64,000 bases of DNA, taken from contig OY969811.1 in NCBI GenBank assembly GCA_963703315.1, positions 4,256,001-4,320,000 on the forward strand. The letters are read 5' to 3'. The DNA is from an uncultured cyanobacterium (GTDB lineage: Bacteria > Cyanobacteriota > Cyanobacteriia > Pseudanabaenales > Pseudanabaenaceae). The translations under genes were made by a program, and so were the position numbers. The notes under the pieces are model-generated. The model did not search any database. It was not told the DNA's origin and saw only the letters and a list, made by a program, of their open reading frames with translations. Positions 38,709 through 48,699 of this stretch are shown here, one piece after another. Position 1 is the first letter of the stretch. Each line of letters starts with the position of its first letter.

Positions 38709-39479
38709 ATGGTTCTGCAAGCCCCACCTATCAAAACCGAACCAATCATTACTTGGGAACCCTTACCCACCGACTTTGTTTTACCCGATGATCCTGTGGA
38801 AAATATTCAACAACCCATTCTTGCGGCGGCGCTTACCGATGCCTTAGGAGCCGCAGGTCTCATTCGTCCTGAAATGCTGATTGTCTCTAACTTTGGACTA
38901 GTTGCCACAGTCAACTATAAAACCATCGTCAAAGCTCCTGATTGGCTATACGTCTCTAAAGTCGATCCCATCTCCAAAAATATTGTCCGCCGTAGCTATA
39001 CCCCCAACTTCGAGGGAGAGCCTGTTGGCATCGTCATGGAATTTCTCTCCGACACAGAATGCGGTGAACTCTCAGTGCGATCCACCCCACCCTACGGCAA
39101 GCTCTATTTCTACGAGCGTATCCTTCAAGTCCCGACCTATGTGACCTATGACACCTCCGCCTCCAGCCTAGAAGTACGTCGTCTCCAAAATGGTCGTTAT
39201 GTGATCCAAGAAGCCAATGCTCAAGGACAGGTATGGATTCCAGAACTAGAGTTGTTTTTGGGCGTGTGGACTGGTGAAAGGCTGAGCCAAACAATGAATT
39301 GGCTGCGTTGGTGGGACAAATCAGGTAATTTATTGACTTGGAGTTCAGAGCAAGCAAAGCAGGAACGTCAACGGGCTGAGCAAGAACGTCAGCGTGCTGA
39401 GCAAGAACGTCAACGCGCCGAAGCCTTAGCTGCGAAATTACGTGAACTAGGTGTCGCTCCTGACCAGCTTGGGGCGTGA
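38709..39479 (+). CDS. Uma2 family endonuclease with (QERQRAE)n tail
   Basis: LPDDPVENI.QP, KAPDW.YV, VMEFLS, WLRWWD; heptad repeats at 39360-39422. Confidence 0.9.
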   Translation: MVLQAPPIKTEPIITWEPLPTDFVLPDDPVENIQQPILAAALTDALGAAGLIRPEMLIVSNFGLVATVNYKTIVKAPDWLYVSKVDPISKNIVRRSYTPNFEGEPVGIVMEFLSDTECGELSVRSTPPYGKLYFYERILQVPTYVTYDTSASSLEVRRLQNGRYVIQEANAQGQVWIPELELFLGVWTGERLSQTMNWLRWWDKSGNLLTWSSEQAKQERQRAEQERQRAEQERQRAEALAAKLRELGVAPDQLGA

Positions 39480-39489
39480 CCAAAAGAAT

Positions 39490-40776
39490 ATGGCGATTAA
39501 AATTCTGCATCTTTCCGATATTCATCTTGGTAGTACGACTCATGGCAAGGTTAATCCTCAAACAGGACTAAATACGCGCCTAGAAGACTTTGTGGCAGCT
39601 TTGACTATCTGTATCGATCGCGCCATTAAGGAACCTGCCGACTTAGTTCTCTTTGGTGGCGATGCCTTTCCTGATGCCACGCCGCCACCCTTAGTCCAGC
39701 AAGCCTTTGCGAAGCAATTCCGTCGCCTTGCCGATGCAGGAATTCCCACCGTGCTATTGGTGGGCAATCATGACCAACATTCACAGGGCGTGGGTGGCGC
39801 GAGTCTTGCCATTTATCGTAGCCTCGCTGTGCCGAATTTCACGGTGGGCGACACGATCGCTACTCACCGCATTGCTACAGAGGCGGGAGAGATTCAGATT
39901 ATTACTTTGCCTTGGATTACGCGATCGACTTTGCTCACCAAGACTGAGACGGAAGGATTTTCGATGACGGAGGTGAGTCAATTTTTAATCGATCGCTTGC
40001 AAGTAGTTCTCGAAGGTGAAATCCGACAACTTGATCCCCAGTTACCGACAATTCTGCTAGCTCATGTGATGGTGGATACGGCAACCTATGGAGCAGAGAG
40101 GTTTTTAGCCGCAGGTAAAGGTTTCACAATTCCCTTATCAATGTTGACCCGCGAAGCCTTTGACTATGTGGCGCTTGGTCATGTCCATCGTCATCAAATT
40201 CTGGCAACGCAGCCGCTTGTGGTTTACCCCGGAAGCATTGAGCGTGTAGATTTTGGGGAAGAGAATGAAGCAAAGGGTTATTGCTGGTTAGAAGTTGAGA
40301 AGGGGAATGTGAAGTTTGAGTTTTGTGCAATTCCTACTCGTGCTTTTCGGACAATGGAAGTGGATGTCACCCAGTCAGAAGATCCGCAAGGGAAGTTACT
40401 CAAGGCAATCCAAAAGGGAAAAATCGATCAGGCGATCGCCCGCTTAATCTACAAAATCAAAGCTGAGCAGTTGGCTTTAATTGACGATCGCCTCCTCCAT
40501 GAAGCAATGGTAAGCGCTCATAACTATGCCCTAATTCCCGAAGTCGTGAGCCAAAATCTACGGACTCGCTTACCCGATCTCAGCACTGCTGAAGCCCTCG
40601 ATCCGATGACTGCGCTGAGAACCTATCTCAGTACCCGCGAAGATCTAAAAAATCTCGAACCTGAAATGCTCAATGCTGCCCAAGAATTACTTAGTGAAAT
40701 TGGATTGGGCATGGATAGCCTCGATCTCGCACCAGAATCAACTCAAGCTAGTCAGTTGCTGATAAGTTTTGAGTAG
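39490..40776 (+). CDS. sbcD: Exonuclease SbcD
   Basis: HLSDIHLG, GGDAF, GNHD, ALGHVH, YPGSIERVDFGE; start at MAIKIL. Confidence 0.93.
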   Translation: MAIKILHLSDIHLGSTTHGKVNPQTGLNTRLEDFVAALTICIDRAIKEPADLVLFGGDAFPDATPPPLVQQAFAKQFRRLADAGIPTVLLVGNHDQHSQGVGGASLAIYRSLAVPNFTVGDTIATHRIATEAGEIQIITLPWITRSTLLTKTETEGFSMTEVSQFLIDRLQVVLEGEIRQLDPQLPTILLAHVMVDTATYGAERFLAAGKGFTIPLSMLTREAFDYVALGHVHRHQILATQPLVVYPGSIERVDFGEENEAKGYCWLEVEKGNVKFEFCAIPTRAFRTMEVDVTQSEDPQGKLLKAIQKGKIDQAIARLIYKIKAEQLALIDDRLLHEAMVSAHNYALIPEVVSQNLRTRLPDLSTAEALDPMTALRTYLSTREDLKNLEPEMLNAAQELLSEIGLGMDSLDLAPESTQASQLLISFE

Positions 40777-41400
40777 TTGTACTTGCAAATTCTCTATGGG
40801 AACTTGACGCAATGCGGCGGCGCGAGTATAAATCTGCTCAATACTCAGATCATGACGATCATCGGTTTCTAAAAGAAATTTGCCATCAGGTATCGTGGCG
40901 ATCGCCTCAAGCACAGGAGAGCGATCGCTTAAAATTGTGGCTCCAAATGACAAGTAGAAATCATGTTTGAGCAATTCTCGAAACACTTCCATTTTTTTGT
41001 GGAAGCCGTGAATAATCCAAGGAATAGTAGATTTAGTATTCTTTTTAAGAGAAACTAATTCGGCAAAGGCTCTGACACAATGAATTACTAACGGTTTTCT
41101 TAGTGTTTCTGCAAGCTGAATATGCTTTTGAAAAATTGCAATTTGTACTTCCATTGGCAAAGCAATATTCCGATCTAATCCACATTCACCGATCGCACCT
41201 ACCTTTGATGATTTTGCTAATACTTCAAGATTTGTCCATGCATCTTCCCATGATGATAGTTCCACAAACCAAGGATGCAAACCTAAACTACAAATACTGG
41301 GTAACGCAGTTTCTTGTAATTTAGACGTAACATGAATTGTTTGTAGATTAATCAGATCAGGAGATTGGCGATCGCTATGGCTATGAAAATCGATAAACAT
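40738..41400 (-). CDS. TatD family hydrolase
   Basis: DFHSH, GLHPW, IGECGLD, IHCVRA, IHGF, LETD. Confidence 0.9.
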   Translation of the reverse strand: MFIDFHSHSDRQSPDLINLQTIHVTSKLQETALPSICSLGLHPWFVELSSWEDAWTNLEVLAKSSKVGAIGECGLDRNIALPMEVQIAIFQKHIQLAETLRKPLVIHCVRAFAELVSLKKNTKSTIPWIIHGFHKKMEVFRELLKHDFYLSFGATILSDRSPVLEAIATIPDGKFLLETDDRHDLSIEQIYTRAAALRQVPIENLQVQLLKTYQQLTSLS

Positions 41401-41417
41401 TTGCAGTTTTCTGAGAA

Positions 41418-42479
41418 CTACTCTCCCAGTTTCTCTTCTAATTCAGCAATTCTCTTTTCCAATTTGCGAACAGTACGCAGTAAATCAGGAAGCTGACGTT
41501 CGGCGACAATGATCCGTTTCCAACTCTTTTCAGGAACAACAGGATAGCCCATCATCGTTACACCTGCGGGAATATCCGTCACCACACCAGACTTGGGCCC
41601 TAAAATTGTGCCATCACCAATCGTCATGTGGTCAGCGACACCTACTTGTCCGCCCATGATCACATGATGACCGAGAATCACTCCTCCCGATAATCCAACT
41701 TGAGCCGCTAGCACTGAATGCGCTCCCACTTCCACTCCATGCGCGATTTGTACAAAGTTATCGATTTTTGCGCCTTTATGAATCACTGTAACTCCACTAG
41801 AAGGACGGTCTACAGCACAGAAACAACCAAGTTCCACATAATCTTCGATTACTACGTGTCCGATTTGTGGCACTTTGTACCAAGTTCCATTAGTTGCTAG
41901 CTCAAAGCCAAAGCCATCGCCACCTAAAACCGTACTGGGATGCAAGATGCAATTTGCGCCAATTTGGGTGCGATCGCTGATTACACAATTGGCATGAATC
42001 GTCGTATTTGCACCAATCTCCACATCATTGTAAATCGTGACATTGGGATAGATAGTGACGTTATCAGCGATTTTAACGCGATCGCTAATTACTACATAGG
42101 GGGCGATCGCTACATTCTCTCCCAACTGCACATCTGCACCTAAAATCGCAGTAGGATGAATACCCGTTGGCGAAGTAGGTAGTTGATCAAATTTTTCAAG
42201 AACCTTAGCAAAGACGATGCGGGGATTGGAAGTGCGAATGCAAGGTAGAGGCGAAGGTGTTTTGAGGTCAATGATCACAGCACTGGCTTGAGTGTCTTTA
42301 AGCTGTGCCACAAATTTTTGTGAGGATACAAAGGTAATCTCTCCCGCTACTGCTTTATCGATCGCTGCGACACCTGTAATTATTGGATCATCACCATGGG
42401 ATTCAAATTGACAATCGGGAAATGTGGCGGCGATCTCAGCAGCGAGTTCGGAGAGTTTGAAAGAAATTTTTGGTGTCAT
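41418..42479 (-). CDS. lpxD: UDP-3-O-(3-hydroxyacyl)glucosamine N-acyltransferase
   Basis: GGDGFGF, KVPQIG.V.IED, KIDNFVQIAH, hexapeptide repeats. Confidence 0.96.
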   Translation of the reverse strand: MTPKISFKLSELAAEIAATFPDCQFESHGDDPIITGVAAIDKAVAGEITFVSSQKFVAQLKDTQASAVIIDLKTPSPLPCIRTSNPRIVFAKVLEKFDQLPTSPTGIHPTAILGADVQLGENVAIAPYVVISDRVKIADNVTIYPNVTIYNDVEIGANTTIHANCVISDRTQIGANCILHPSTVLGGDGFGFELATNGTWYKVPQIGHVVIEDYVELGCFCAVDRPSSGVTVIHKGAKIDNFVQIAHGVEVGAHSVLAAQVGLSGGVILGHHVIMGGQVGVADHMTIGDGTILGPKSGVVTDIPAGVTMMGYPVVPEKSWKRIIVAERQLPDLLRTVRKLEKRIAELEEKLGE

Positions 42480-42624
42480 AGATCTGATTTTGTATCAAGC
42501 AATCGCGATTAACATAATCTTATAGGACTTACGCAAATCAACCAAGAACTCAAGTTCTTGGCTCAAAGCTAAAGTTAGCTAAAGCAAACTAAAAATCTCA
42601 TCTAGTCAACCCGTTTCAACGGGT

Positions 42625-43677
42625 TTAAGCTTTCAGCCCGTAATTTATTGTAGAGATATTGCTACTACTACGCACAGCCGCGATCGCTTCACGAACCACT
42701 TCAGAACCTGCACCAGCAATACAAGATTTATCCGTAAGAATGCGCTTCCAGATCCGACTACCTGCTTGACCATGAAATAGTTGTAATAAATGGCGAGTGA
42801 TTTTATGTAACTTCAATCCCTTGGCAGTCCATGCATCAATATAGGGAATCATTGCTTCAGCAACTTCTACTCGACTGCGAATGGGAGTCTCATCACCAAA
42901 GAATTCGCGATCGCTTGTTGCAAAGAGATAGGGATTATCATAGGCAGCCCGACCAATCATCACTGCATCGACATACTGTAACTGCTCATGGGCTTGCTCT
43001 AGGGTCGTAAATCCGCCATTAATTTCAATAAATAAATGAGGGAATTCCTTCTTCAATTGATGTACATCAGCATAACGCAACGGTGGAATTTCGCGATTGT
43101 CTTTAGGGCTTAAGCCTTGTAGCCATGCCTTTCTTGCATGAACAGAAAATCTCTGACAACCTGCTTCTGAAAGCATCCTGACAAACTTTTGCATATCTTC
43201 ATAACTATCTAAGTCATCAACACCGATACGATGCTTAACTGAAACAGGAATCTTGGTTGCGGCAGTCATTGCTTCAATGCATTTGGCAACTAGATCGGGA
43301 GTCTTCATTAAGCAAGCGCCAAAATGTCCACTCTGGACACGATCACTGGGGCATCCCACATTCAAATTAATTTCGTCATAGCCCAGCGCTTCCGCAATTC
43401 GCGCACATTCCGCCAGATCTTGAGGATTGTCACCACCCACCTGTAAAGCGATCGGATTTTCCATTGGTGAGAAACCCAATAGATATTCTTTATCACCATG
43501 CTTAATTGCCGCACTCGTCACCATTTCCGTATACAGCAAAGTCCGCCGCGTAATTTGGCGCATGAAATAGCGATAATGGCGATCGGTACGATCCATCATT
43601 GGGGCAATGCTGAGGGGATAGGTAAGGCGATCGCCAGCTTTCTGTGTAGAAATTGGCATTTCCGATAAAGTAGTCAT
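42625..43677 (-). CDS. dusA: tRNA dihydrouridine(20/20a) synthase
   Basis: SIAPMMDRTDRH.R, NLNVGCPSDRVQSG.FGACLM, HARKAWLQGLSPK.NR.IPPL. Confidence 0.96.
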   Translation of the reverse strand: MTTLSEMPISTQKAGDRLTYPLSIAPMMDRTDRHYRYFMRQITRRTLLYTEMVTSAAIKHGDKEYLLGFSPMENPIALQVGGDNPQDLAECARIAEALGYDEINLNVGCPSDRVQSGHFGACLMKTPDLVAKCIEAMTAATKIPVSVKHRIGVDDLDSYEDMQKFVRMLSEAGCQRFSVHARKAWLQGLSPKDNREIPPLRYADVHQLKKEFPHLFIEINGGFTTLEQAHEQLQYVDAVMIGRAAYDNPYLFATSDREFFGDETPIRSRVEVAEAMIPYIDAWTAKGLKLHKITRHLLQLFHGQAGSRIWKRILTDKSCIAGAGSEVVREAIAAVRSSSNISTINYGLKA

Positions 43678-43785
43678 GGCAAAATCAGGGCGTTATAGTT
43701 GCGGCGCAAAACAAAGCACTGCAACTATATAGTAAACTTGGGTCTGCATTTTTTGTTTGGATTTGTTGAGAGGCATCGAAGATTT

Positions 43786-44373
43786 GTGAGCGTAAAGGTG
43801 TTAGCTGTATTGGCTTCAGGAAGTGGTAGTAATCTGGAGGCGATCGCGAAGGCGATTAGTGATGGAAACCTGCAAGCCAAAATCGCGGTAGTCATTTATA
43901 ACGAGACTGATGCTTTTGCCCGTCACCGCGCCGAAAAATTTGGTATTCCCGCAATTCTCGTCAATCACCGTGATTACAAATCTCGTAAAGCTCTTGATCT
44001 GGCGATCATCGATATTCTCCAGCAATACAATGTCGATCTTGTGATCATGGCAGGCTGGATGCGAATCGTCACGCAAGTTTTGATTGATGCCTTTCCCGAA
44101 CGGATTCTGAATATTCATCCCAGTTTGCTACCGAGCTTTAAAGGGATTCATGCGATCGAGCAAGCCTTTAACTATGGTGTGAAAATTACGGGCTGCACAG
44201 TGCATTTACTCAGTCTCGAAGTTGATAGCGGCAAAATCCTTAAACAAGCCGCAGTTTCCATCCTGCCTGACGATACCCTCGAAGATTTACAAAAGCGGAT
44301 TCAAGTTCAAGAACATATTATTTATCCAGAGGCGATCGCTGAATATATAAATACCTTCTATAACAATGCTTGA
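43786..44373 (+). CDS. purN: Phosphoribosylglycinamide formyltransferase
   Basis: ASGSGSNLEA, MAGWMR, NIHPSLLP, VDSG; start placed at GTG 43786. Confidence 0.95.
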   Translation: MSVKVLAVLASGSGSNLEAIAKAISDGNLQAKIAVVIYNETDAFARHRAEKFGIPAILVNHRDYKSRKALDLAIIDILQQYNVDLVIMAGWMRIVTQVLIDAFPERILNIHPSLLPSFKGIHAIEQAFNYGVKITGCTVHLLSLEVDSGKILKQAAVSILPDDTLEDLQKRIQVQEHIIYPEAIAEYINTFYNNA

Positions 44374-44453
44374 TAAATTAGCAAGTTTTCCTAGATTTTA
44401 TAAAATGTGCGATGATGCTATAATAGCTTTCGCAAAAAATCTGCGTTTAACTT

Positions 44454-44525
44454 GCCGATGTAGCACAGGGGTAGTGCAGCTGATTCGTAATCAGCAGGTC
44501 GTGAGTTCAAATCTCATCATCGGCT
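44454..44525 (+). tRNA. trnT: tRNA-Thr(CGT)
   Basis: GCCGATGTAGCACAGGGGTAGTGCAGCTGATTCGTAATCAGCAGGTCGTGAGTTCAAATCTCATCATCGGCT; anticodon loop TT-CGT-AA. Confidence 0.96.
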
Positions 44526-44531
44526 TAGCTC

Positions 44532-44588
44532 TTATTTCCATACACCTAAAAGCCTTGTAATTCAAGGCTTTTAGGTGTATGGAAATAA
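44532..44588. terminator. Long perfect hairpin after tRNA-Thr
   Basis: ttatttccatacacctaaaagccttg-taatt-caaggcttttaggtgtatggaaataa. Confidence 0.65.
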
Positions 44589-44596
44589 TGGGATTA

Positions 44597-44688
44597 TATA
44601 TCTGTTGCCAGTTTTGTTAGGACAAAACCCAGAAGAAGAGTGGCGGTGCCACTCTTCTTCTGGGTTTGCTAATTATTTCTTGGCTATA
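44597..44688. repeat. Degenerate family-B palindromic element
   Basis: gttaggacaaaacccagaagaagagtggc..gccactcttcttctgggttt..ttggctata. Confidence 0.65.
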
Positions 44689-44723
44689 GAGTCTTGCAAG
44701 CGCATTGCCCTTACAAACCTTGG

Positions 44724-44829
44724 TAAGTAGCTCAGCATAGTTAAAACCCAAAACCTAGAAGCTTGTGCCTCCCGCGTAGCGGGAGGCACAAGCTTCTAGG
44801 TTTTAAGTTTACTTATGCCTAGCTACTTA
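44724..44829. mobile_element. MITE-like element family C
   Basis: TAAGTAGCT..AGCTACTTA ends; near-identical to 11735-11836. Confidence 0.75.
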
Positions 44830-44830
44830 A

Positions 44831-45319
44831 TTAGTTAGCGGGACTTGGTGATGGACTTGCCGTTGCCTGTGGAGTAACAGGTGGAGTTACTACCTGTGGC
44901 TGTGCAGTTACAGTTACCCTTGGTGCAGGAATCGGCTCTACTGCTGGAGGTTGAGTGATTGTCACGGGTGGTAAATTAATTTCAACTTTAGGAGTAGGCT
45001 GTGGCTGCTGGGTTGCAGGGCTAACTTCCTTAATAGTTGTATTGTTCCGCTCGATGATTGTTGACTTATTCTCTTTTACTGTGTCATTTGCATTGGGAAC
45101 CAAGATTGGTGTCGGTGTTGGACGATAGTTGACAAAATAGGCGATCGCCCCTGCACTAGCTGCCAAAACTAGCAACACAATAATTGCTAATCCATTCACA
45201 GTACTATTATTATTACTCACTCTAGTAGTACGTTCTTCCGAGACTCTACTTCCATTTACAGAATTGTTCGGAAGTGATGTTACTTTTCTTGTAACTTCTC
45301 TATCAATTTCGTCAGACAT
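44831..45319 (-). CDS. Single-pass membrane protein with Pro/Thr-rich tail
   Basis: One TM segment followed by a P/T/Q-rich region. Confidence 0.75.
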   Translation of the reverse strand: MSDEIDREVTRKVTSLPNNSVNGSRVSEERTTRVSNNNSTVNGLAIIVLLVLAASAGAIAYFVNYRPTPTPILVPNANDTVKENKSTIIERNNTTIKEVSPATQQPQPTPKVEINLPPVTITQPPAVEPIPAPRVTVTAQPQVVTPPVTPQATASPSPSPAN

Positions 45320-45358
45320 ATATTTTTAATCCTTTTGTTTGTATAAATTCGGTTGTAA

Positions 45359-45604
45359 CTAAGCTGACTTGATCAGGCGTAAGCCAAATAGCAGAACGAC
45401 TGCGCCAATGGTTGCAACGAGCAAACTGCCAAGTAAGCCGCCACCACTAGATAAACCTAAGGCGCTGAATAGAAAACCACCAAGTAATGCGCCAATTACG
45501 CCCACAATGATGTCTCCAAGTAATCCAAAGCCGCCGCCTTTAACGAGTTGACCCGCTAGCCAACCAGCAGCCAAACCAATCAAAATAAACCAAATAAAAT
45601 CCAT
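45359..45604 (-). CDS. GlsB/YeaQ/YmgE family stress-response membrane protein
   Basis: IGLAAGWLA..GGGFG..GVIGA.LGG..A.IGAVVLL. Confidence 0.92.
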   Translation of the reverse strand: MDFIWFILIGLAAGWLAGQLVKGGGFGLLGDIIVGVIGALLGGFLFSALGLSSGGGLLGSLLVATIGAVVLLFGLRLIKSA

Positions 45605-45719
45605 GTCATTACATCCTTAAGTTATGGGGGAGTGCTGAAGATAGCAGGTTTGATTGTTAGGGATAGTCAATACTTCGTAGAACTATCCCTAACGATTATG
45701 GAATTAGGTAAATGAGAAC

Positions 45720-46175
45720 TTACTCAAGAAATTCTTTGACTTTATCTTTCGCATCTTCTAGCAAGTTACGAGTCTTTGATTCCACTTGCTTAGATTTGCC
45801 AGCTAGCTGATTTTGGCGATCGCCTACGACATTACCGATCGCCTCTTGAGCCTTACCTTCGAGATCTTTAGCGCCCGATTTTACTCGTTCTGGCACGTTG
45901 GTTTTAATAGCTTCAGCCGCATTGCGAACATCCGCTTCAGCTTGTTTCGCTTTGCCAATGATTTGATTTTTAGGGTCACCCGTAATATTCCCGATCGCTT
46001 CTTGAGTTTTTCCCTCAAGATCTTTTGTAATTGATTTCACTTTCTCTAGTGAGGCGATCGGTATCAATGGAGCTTCTGCCCAACTATCACTAATAGGTAT
46101 TCCCAATACTAGGGTAAATAAGAAGAATGAAATTAAGCCAATATTCAACAATGATTTATAAATTTTAGAAATCAT
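45720..46175 (-). CDS. CsbD-repeat protein
   Basis: Two KDLEGK.QEAIGN..GD..Q..GK.KQ repeats after a hydrophobic leader. Confidence 0.85.
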   Translation of the reverse strand: MISKIYKSLLNIGLISFFLFTLVLGIPISDSWAEAPLIPIASLEKVKSITKDLEGKTQEAIGNITGDPKNQIIGKAKQAEADVRNAAEAIKTNVPERVKSGAKDLEGKAQEAIGNVVGDRQNQLAGKSKQVESKTRNLLEDAKDKVKEFLE

Positions 46176-46382
46176 GATTATTACTCTAATATTTTTATTG
46201 AGATAGATGAAATTTACTTTGATTAATCTAAAATCTGTTTACATAACTATACAAACAAATTTTGTAGGTAACTTTTCTAGATAAAAGCTCAAAATATATT
46301 GAAGTATCTAAGTAGCCTAATTTTATTAAAATTAAACTACTTAAATCTTCTTAGTAATTATCTAGTTTTTAGATGTCTAACT

Positions 46383-46601
46383 TTAAGAATTTTTGATATC
46401 TTTAGCAGTTTTTTTGACAGCATCAGCTACATCTTGAGCTTTACTTTTTACATCTTCGGCTGTATTCAAAACAACAGCTTCTGCCTGTTTTGCTTTTCCT
46501 TCAAGTTGTTTCTCAGGGTCGCCAGTAACATTGCCGACAGCCTCTTCGACTTTACCTTCAATATCTTTAGCAACAGCTTTAGCACGTTCTTGTAAACTCA
46601 T
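46383..46601 (-). CDS. CsbD family protein
   Basis: KDIEGKVEEAVGNVTGDPEKQLEGKAKQ; AAGGAG SD. Confidence 0.9.
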   Translation of the reverse strand: MSLQERAKAVAKDIEGKVEEAVGNVTGDPEKQLEGKAKQAEAVVLNTAEDVKSKAQDVADAVKKTAKDIKNS

Positions 46602-47064
46602 AATAAATCTCCTTTTTTGTATTAATATTTAATGAAATGCTACAAAAGATAAAATTAAATTTATGACTTCTTTTCTAACATTACTATTGTCATTTATTTG
46701 ATTAACTTATTCATCCCTCTAAAGGTATAAGATATGAATATATGTTAGAAAAATTTAGTTGATAAATAAATTTGATTGAAATTGCGATGAACTTGTATGA
46801 TATGTATTGTTTGATAAATAAAAAATAAAAATTCAGCCATTGGAATAGGCTTCATTTTAATAAGTGTGTAGAGAAATATAAATCTAGTTTAGATTTTTCT
46901 TGTTTTTTATGACAATCTTTTTTGTAAGACTGTGAATTTTTTATTCATACTCAACTACTTTGACAGAGGCGTGATTGAGTTATTGCATGAATTGATGGAT
47001 TACAACACAAAATGTAATAAAGAAGAAATCTGTCAAACCTAACCCTTTATAAAGGAACCAAACA

Positions 47065-48540
47065 ATGTCTAAGCAAAACGGCGTGATGATGCAATACTTT
47101 CACTGGTATCTGCCAGGTGACGGTAGTTTATGGAATCAAGTAGCAGAGAAAGCTGAGGAATTAGCCAAGATTGGAATTACATCTCTGTGGCTACCACCTG
47201 CTTATAAAGGTACTGGTGGAGGTATGGATGTTGGCTATGGTATTTACGATTTGTTTGATCTGGGTGAATTTGATCAAAAAGGCTCGATCCGCACAAAATA
47301 TGGCACTAAAGATGAATACATTCGTGCCATTAAAGCAGCGCAGAAGGCAGGCATTAGTATCTATGCCGATGTGGTGTTTAATCACAAATTGGGAGCAGAT
47401 CAGACAGAAGAAGTAGAAGCGACACCATTTAGTACCGAAAACCGTAATGAGGCGATCGGTGAGTATCAAAAGATCAAAGCTTGGACTCACTTCACCTTTG
47501 AAGGGCGCAAGGGTAAATATTCGACGATGGAATGGCATTGGTGGCATTTTGATGCGATCGATTACAACGTATATAACGAGGGTGAAGATGCTATCTATTT
47601 ACTCAAGGGCAAATCCTTTGACCAAAATGTTGATCTCGAAAAAGGGAACTTCGATTACTTAATGGGTTGTGACCTCGATATGCAAAATTCTGAGGTAAAG
47701 GGAGAACTCAAGTATTGGGGAGAGTGGATTTATGACACGACTCAGGTGGATGGCTTCCGATTTGATGCGGTTAAACACGTTTCAGCAGAATTCTTTCAGG
47801 AATGGTTAGAACACGTCCGTCGTCATGCCAAACGTGATCTATTTGCTGTAGGAGAATATTGGTCTTACGAAGTTGAAGCTTTGCATCATTTCATTGAGGT
47901 TACTGAAGGCAAGGTTGATCTATTCGATGCACCCTTGCACCTAAATTTCCATCTCGCTAGTCAAGCTGGCAAAGATTATGACCTCACCCAAATTTTTGAA
48001 AACACCTTAGTCAAAGATCAACCAACTCTTGCAGTTACCTTGGTAGAAAACCATGACTCTCAACCATTGCAGTCATTAGAATCAATTGTCGAGTCTTGGT
48101 TTAAGCCCCTTGCCTATGCGCTGATTTTATTGCGGCAAGAAGGATATCCTTGTATTTTTTACGGTGATTACTACGGCGCACATTACAAAGATTGGGGTAA
48201 AGACGGCAATGAGTATGAAATTTGGATGGAAAGCCATCAATGGTTACTAGATAAGTTCCTATTTGTCCGTCAGACTTACTCCTATGGTGAGCAGATTGAC
48301 TATTTTGACCATCCTAATACGATTGGCTGGACGAGATTGGGCGATGAGGAGCATTCTGGGGGGATGGCAGTAGTATTGAGTAACGGTGAGGACGGACGAA
48401 AATGGATGAATGTCGGGCATCCTAACAGCATCTATATCGACATTACTGAGCATATCGATGAGTCTGTAACAACTAATGACGAAGGCTGGGCGGAGTTTTG
48501 CTGCAATGGAGGCTCAGTATCCGTATGGGTTAAGCAATAA
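47065..48540 (+). CDS. amyA: Cytoplasmic alpha-amylase (GH13)
   Basis: NGVMMQYFHWY, DVVFNH, GFRFDAVKH, GEYW, VENHD, GWTRLGD. Confidence 0.93.
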   Translation: MSKQNGVMMQYFHWYLPGDGSLWNQVAEKAEELAKIGITSLWLPPAYKGTGGGMDVGYGIYDLFDLGEFDQKGSIRTKYGTKDEYIRAIKAAQKAGISIYADVVFNHKLGADQTEEVEATPFSTENRNEAIGEYQKIKAWTHFTFEGRKGKYSTMEWHWWHFDAIDYNVYNEGEDAIYLLKGKSFDQNVDLEKGNFDYLMGCDLDMQNSEVKGELKYWGEWIYDTTQVDGFRFDAVKHVSAEFFQEWLEHVRRHAKRDLFAVGEYWSYEVEALHHFIEVTEGKVDLFDAPLHLNFHLASQAGKDYDLTQIFENTLVKDQPTLAVTLVENHDSQPLQSLESIVESWFKPLAYALILLRQEGYPCIFYGDYYGAHYKDWGKDGNEYEIWMESHQWLLDKFLFVRQTYSYGEQIDYFDHPNTIGWTRLGDEEHSGGMAVVLSNGEDGRKWMNVGHPNSIYIDITEHIDESVTTNDEGWAEFCCNGGSVSVWVKQ

Positions 48541-48587
48541 GTAAAATAAGTGCAAGGGCGGCACGCCGCCCCTGCACTTATAGCAAA

Positions 48588-48662
48588 GCTACAAACAAAA
48601 AACCAGAAAGAGAGTTGCGGCGCTCCGCGCCGCAACTCTCTTTCTGGTTTTTTGTTTGTAGC
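48588..48662. repeat. Long perfect palindrome with family-B core
   Basis: gctacaaacaaaaaaccagaaagagagttgcggcgc-tcc-gcgccgcaactctctttctggttttttgtttgtagc. Confidence 0.8.
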
Positions 48663-48699
48663 AAAACTTTTTTGCTATATTTTAAGAAAAATCTTCATT

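Noticed and set aside
39360..39422. 21-bp tandem repeat
   Set aside because: It is the ordinary QERQRAE coiled-coil tail of cyanobacterial Uma2 proteins.
42625..43677. dusA-associated integrative element
   Set aside because: There is no integrase or duplicated dusA segment beside the gene.
48550..48699. Extended N-termini of the NUDIX ORF (and likewise rseP, purN, sbcD, rbp)
   Set aside because: The extensions translate palindromic repeats, UTRs or the end of the neighbouring gene; downstream starts match family N-termini.
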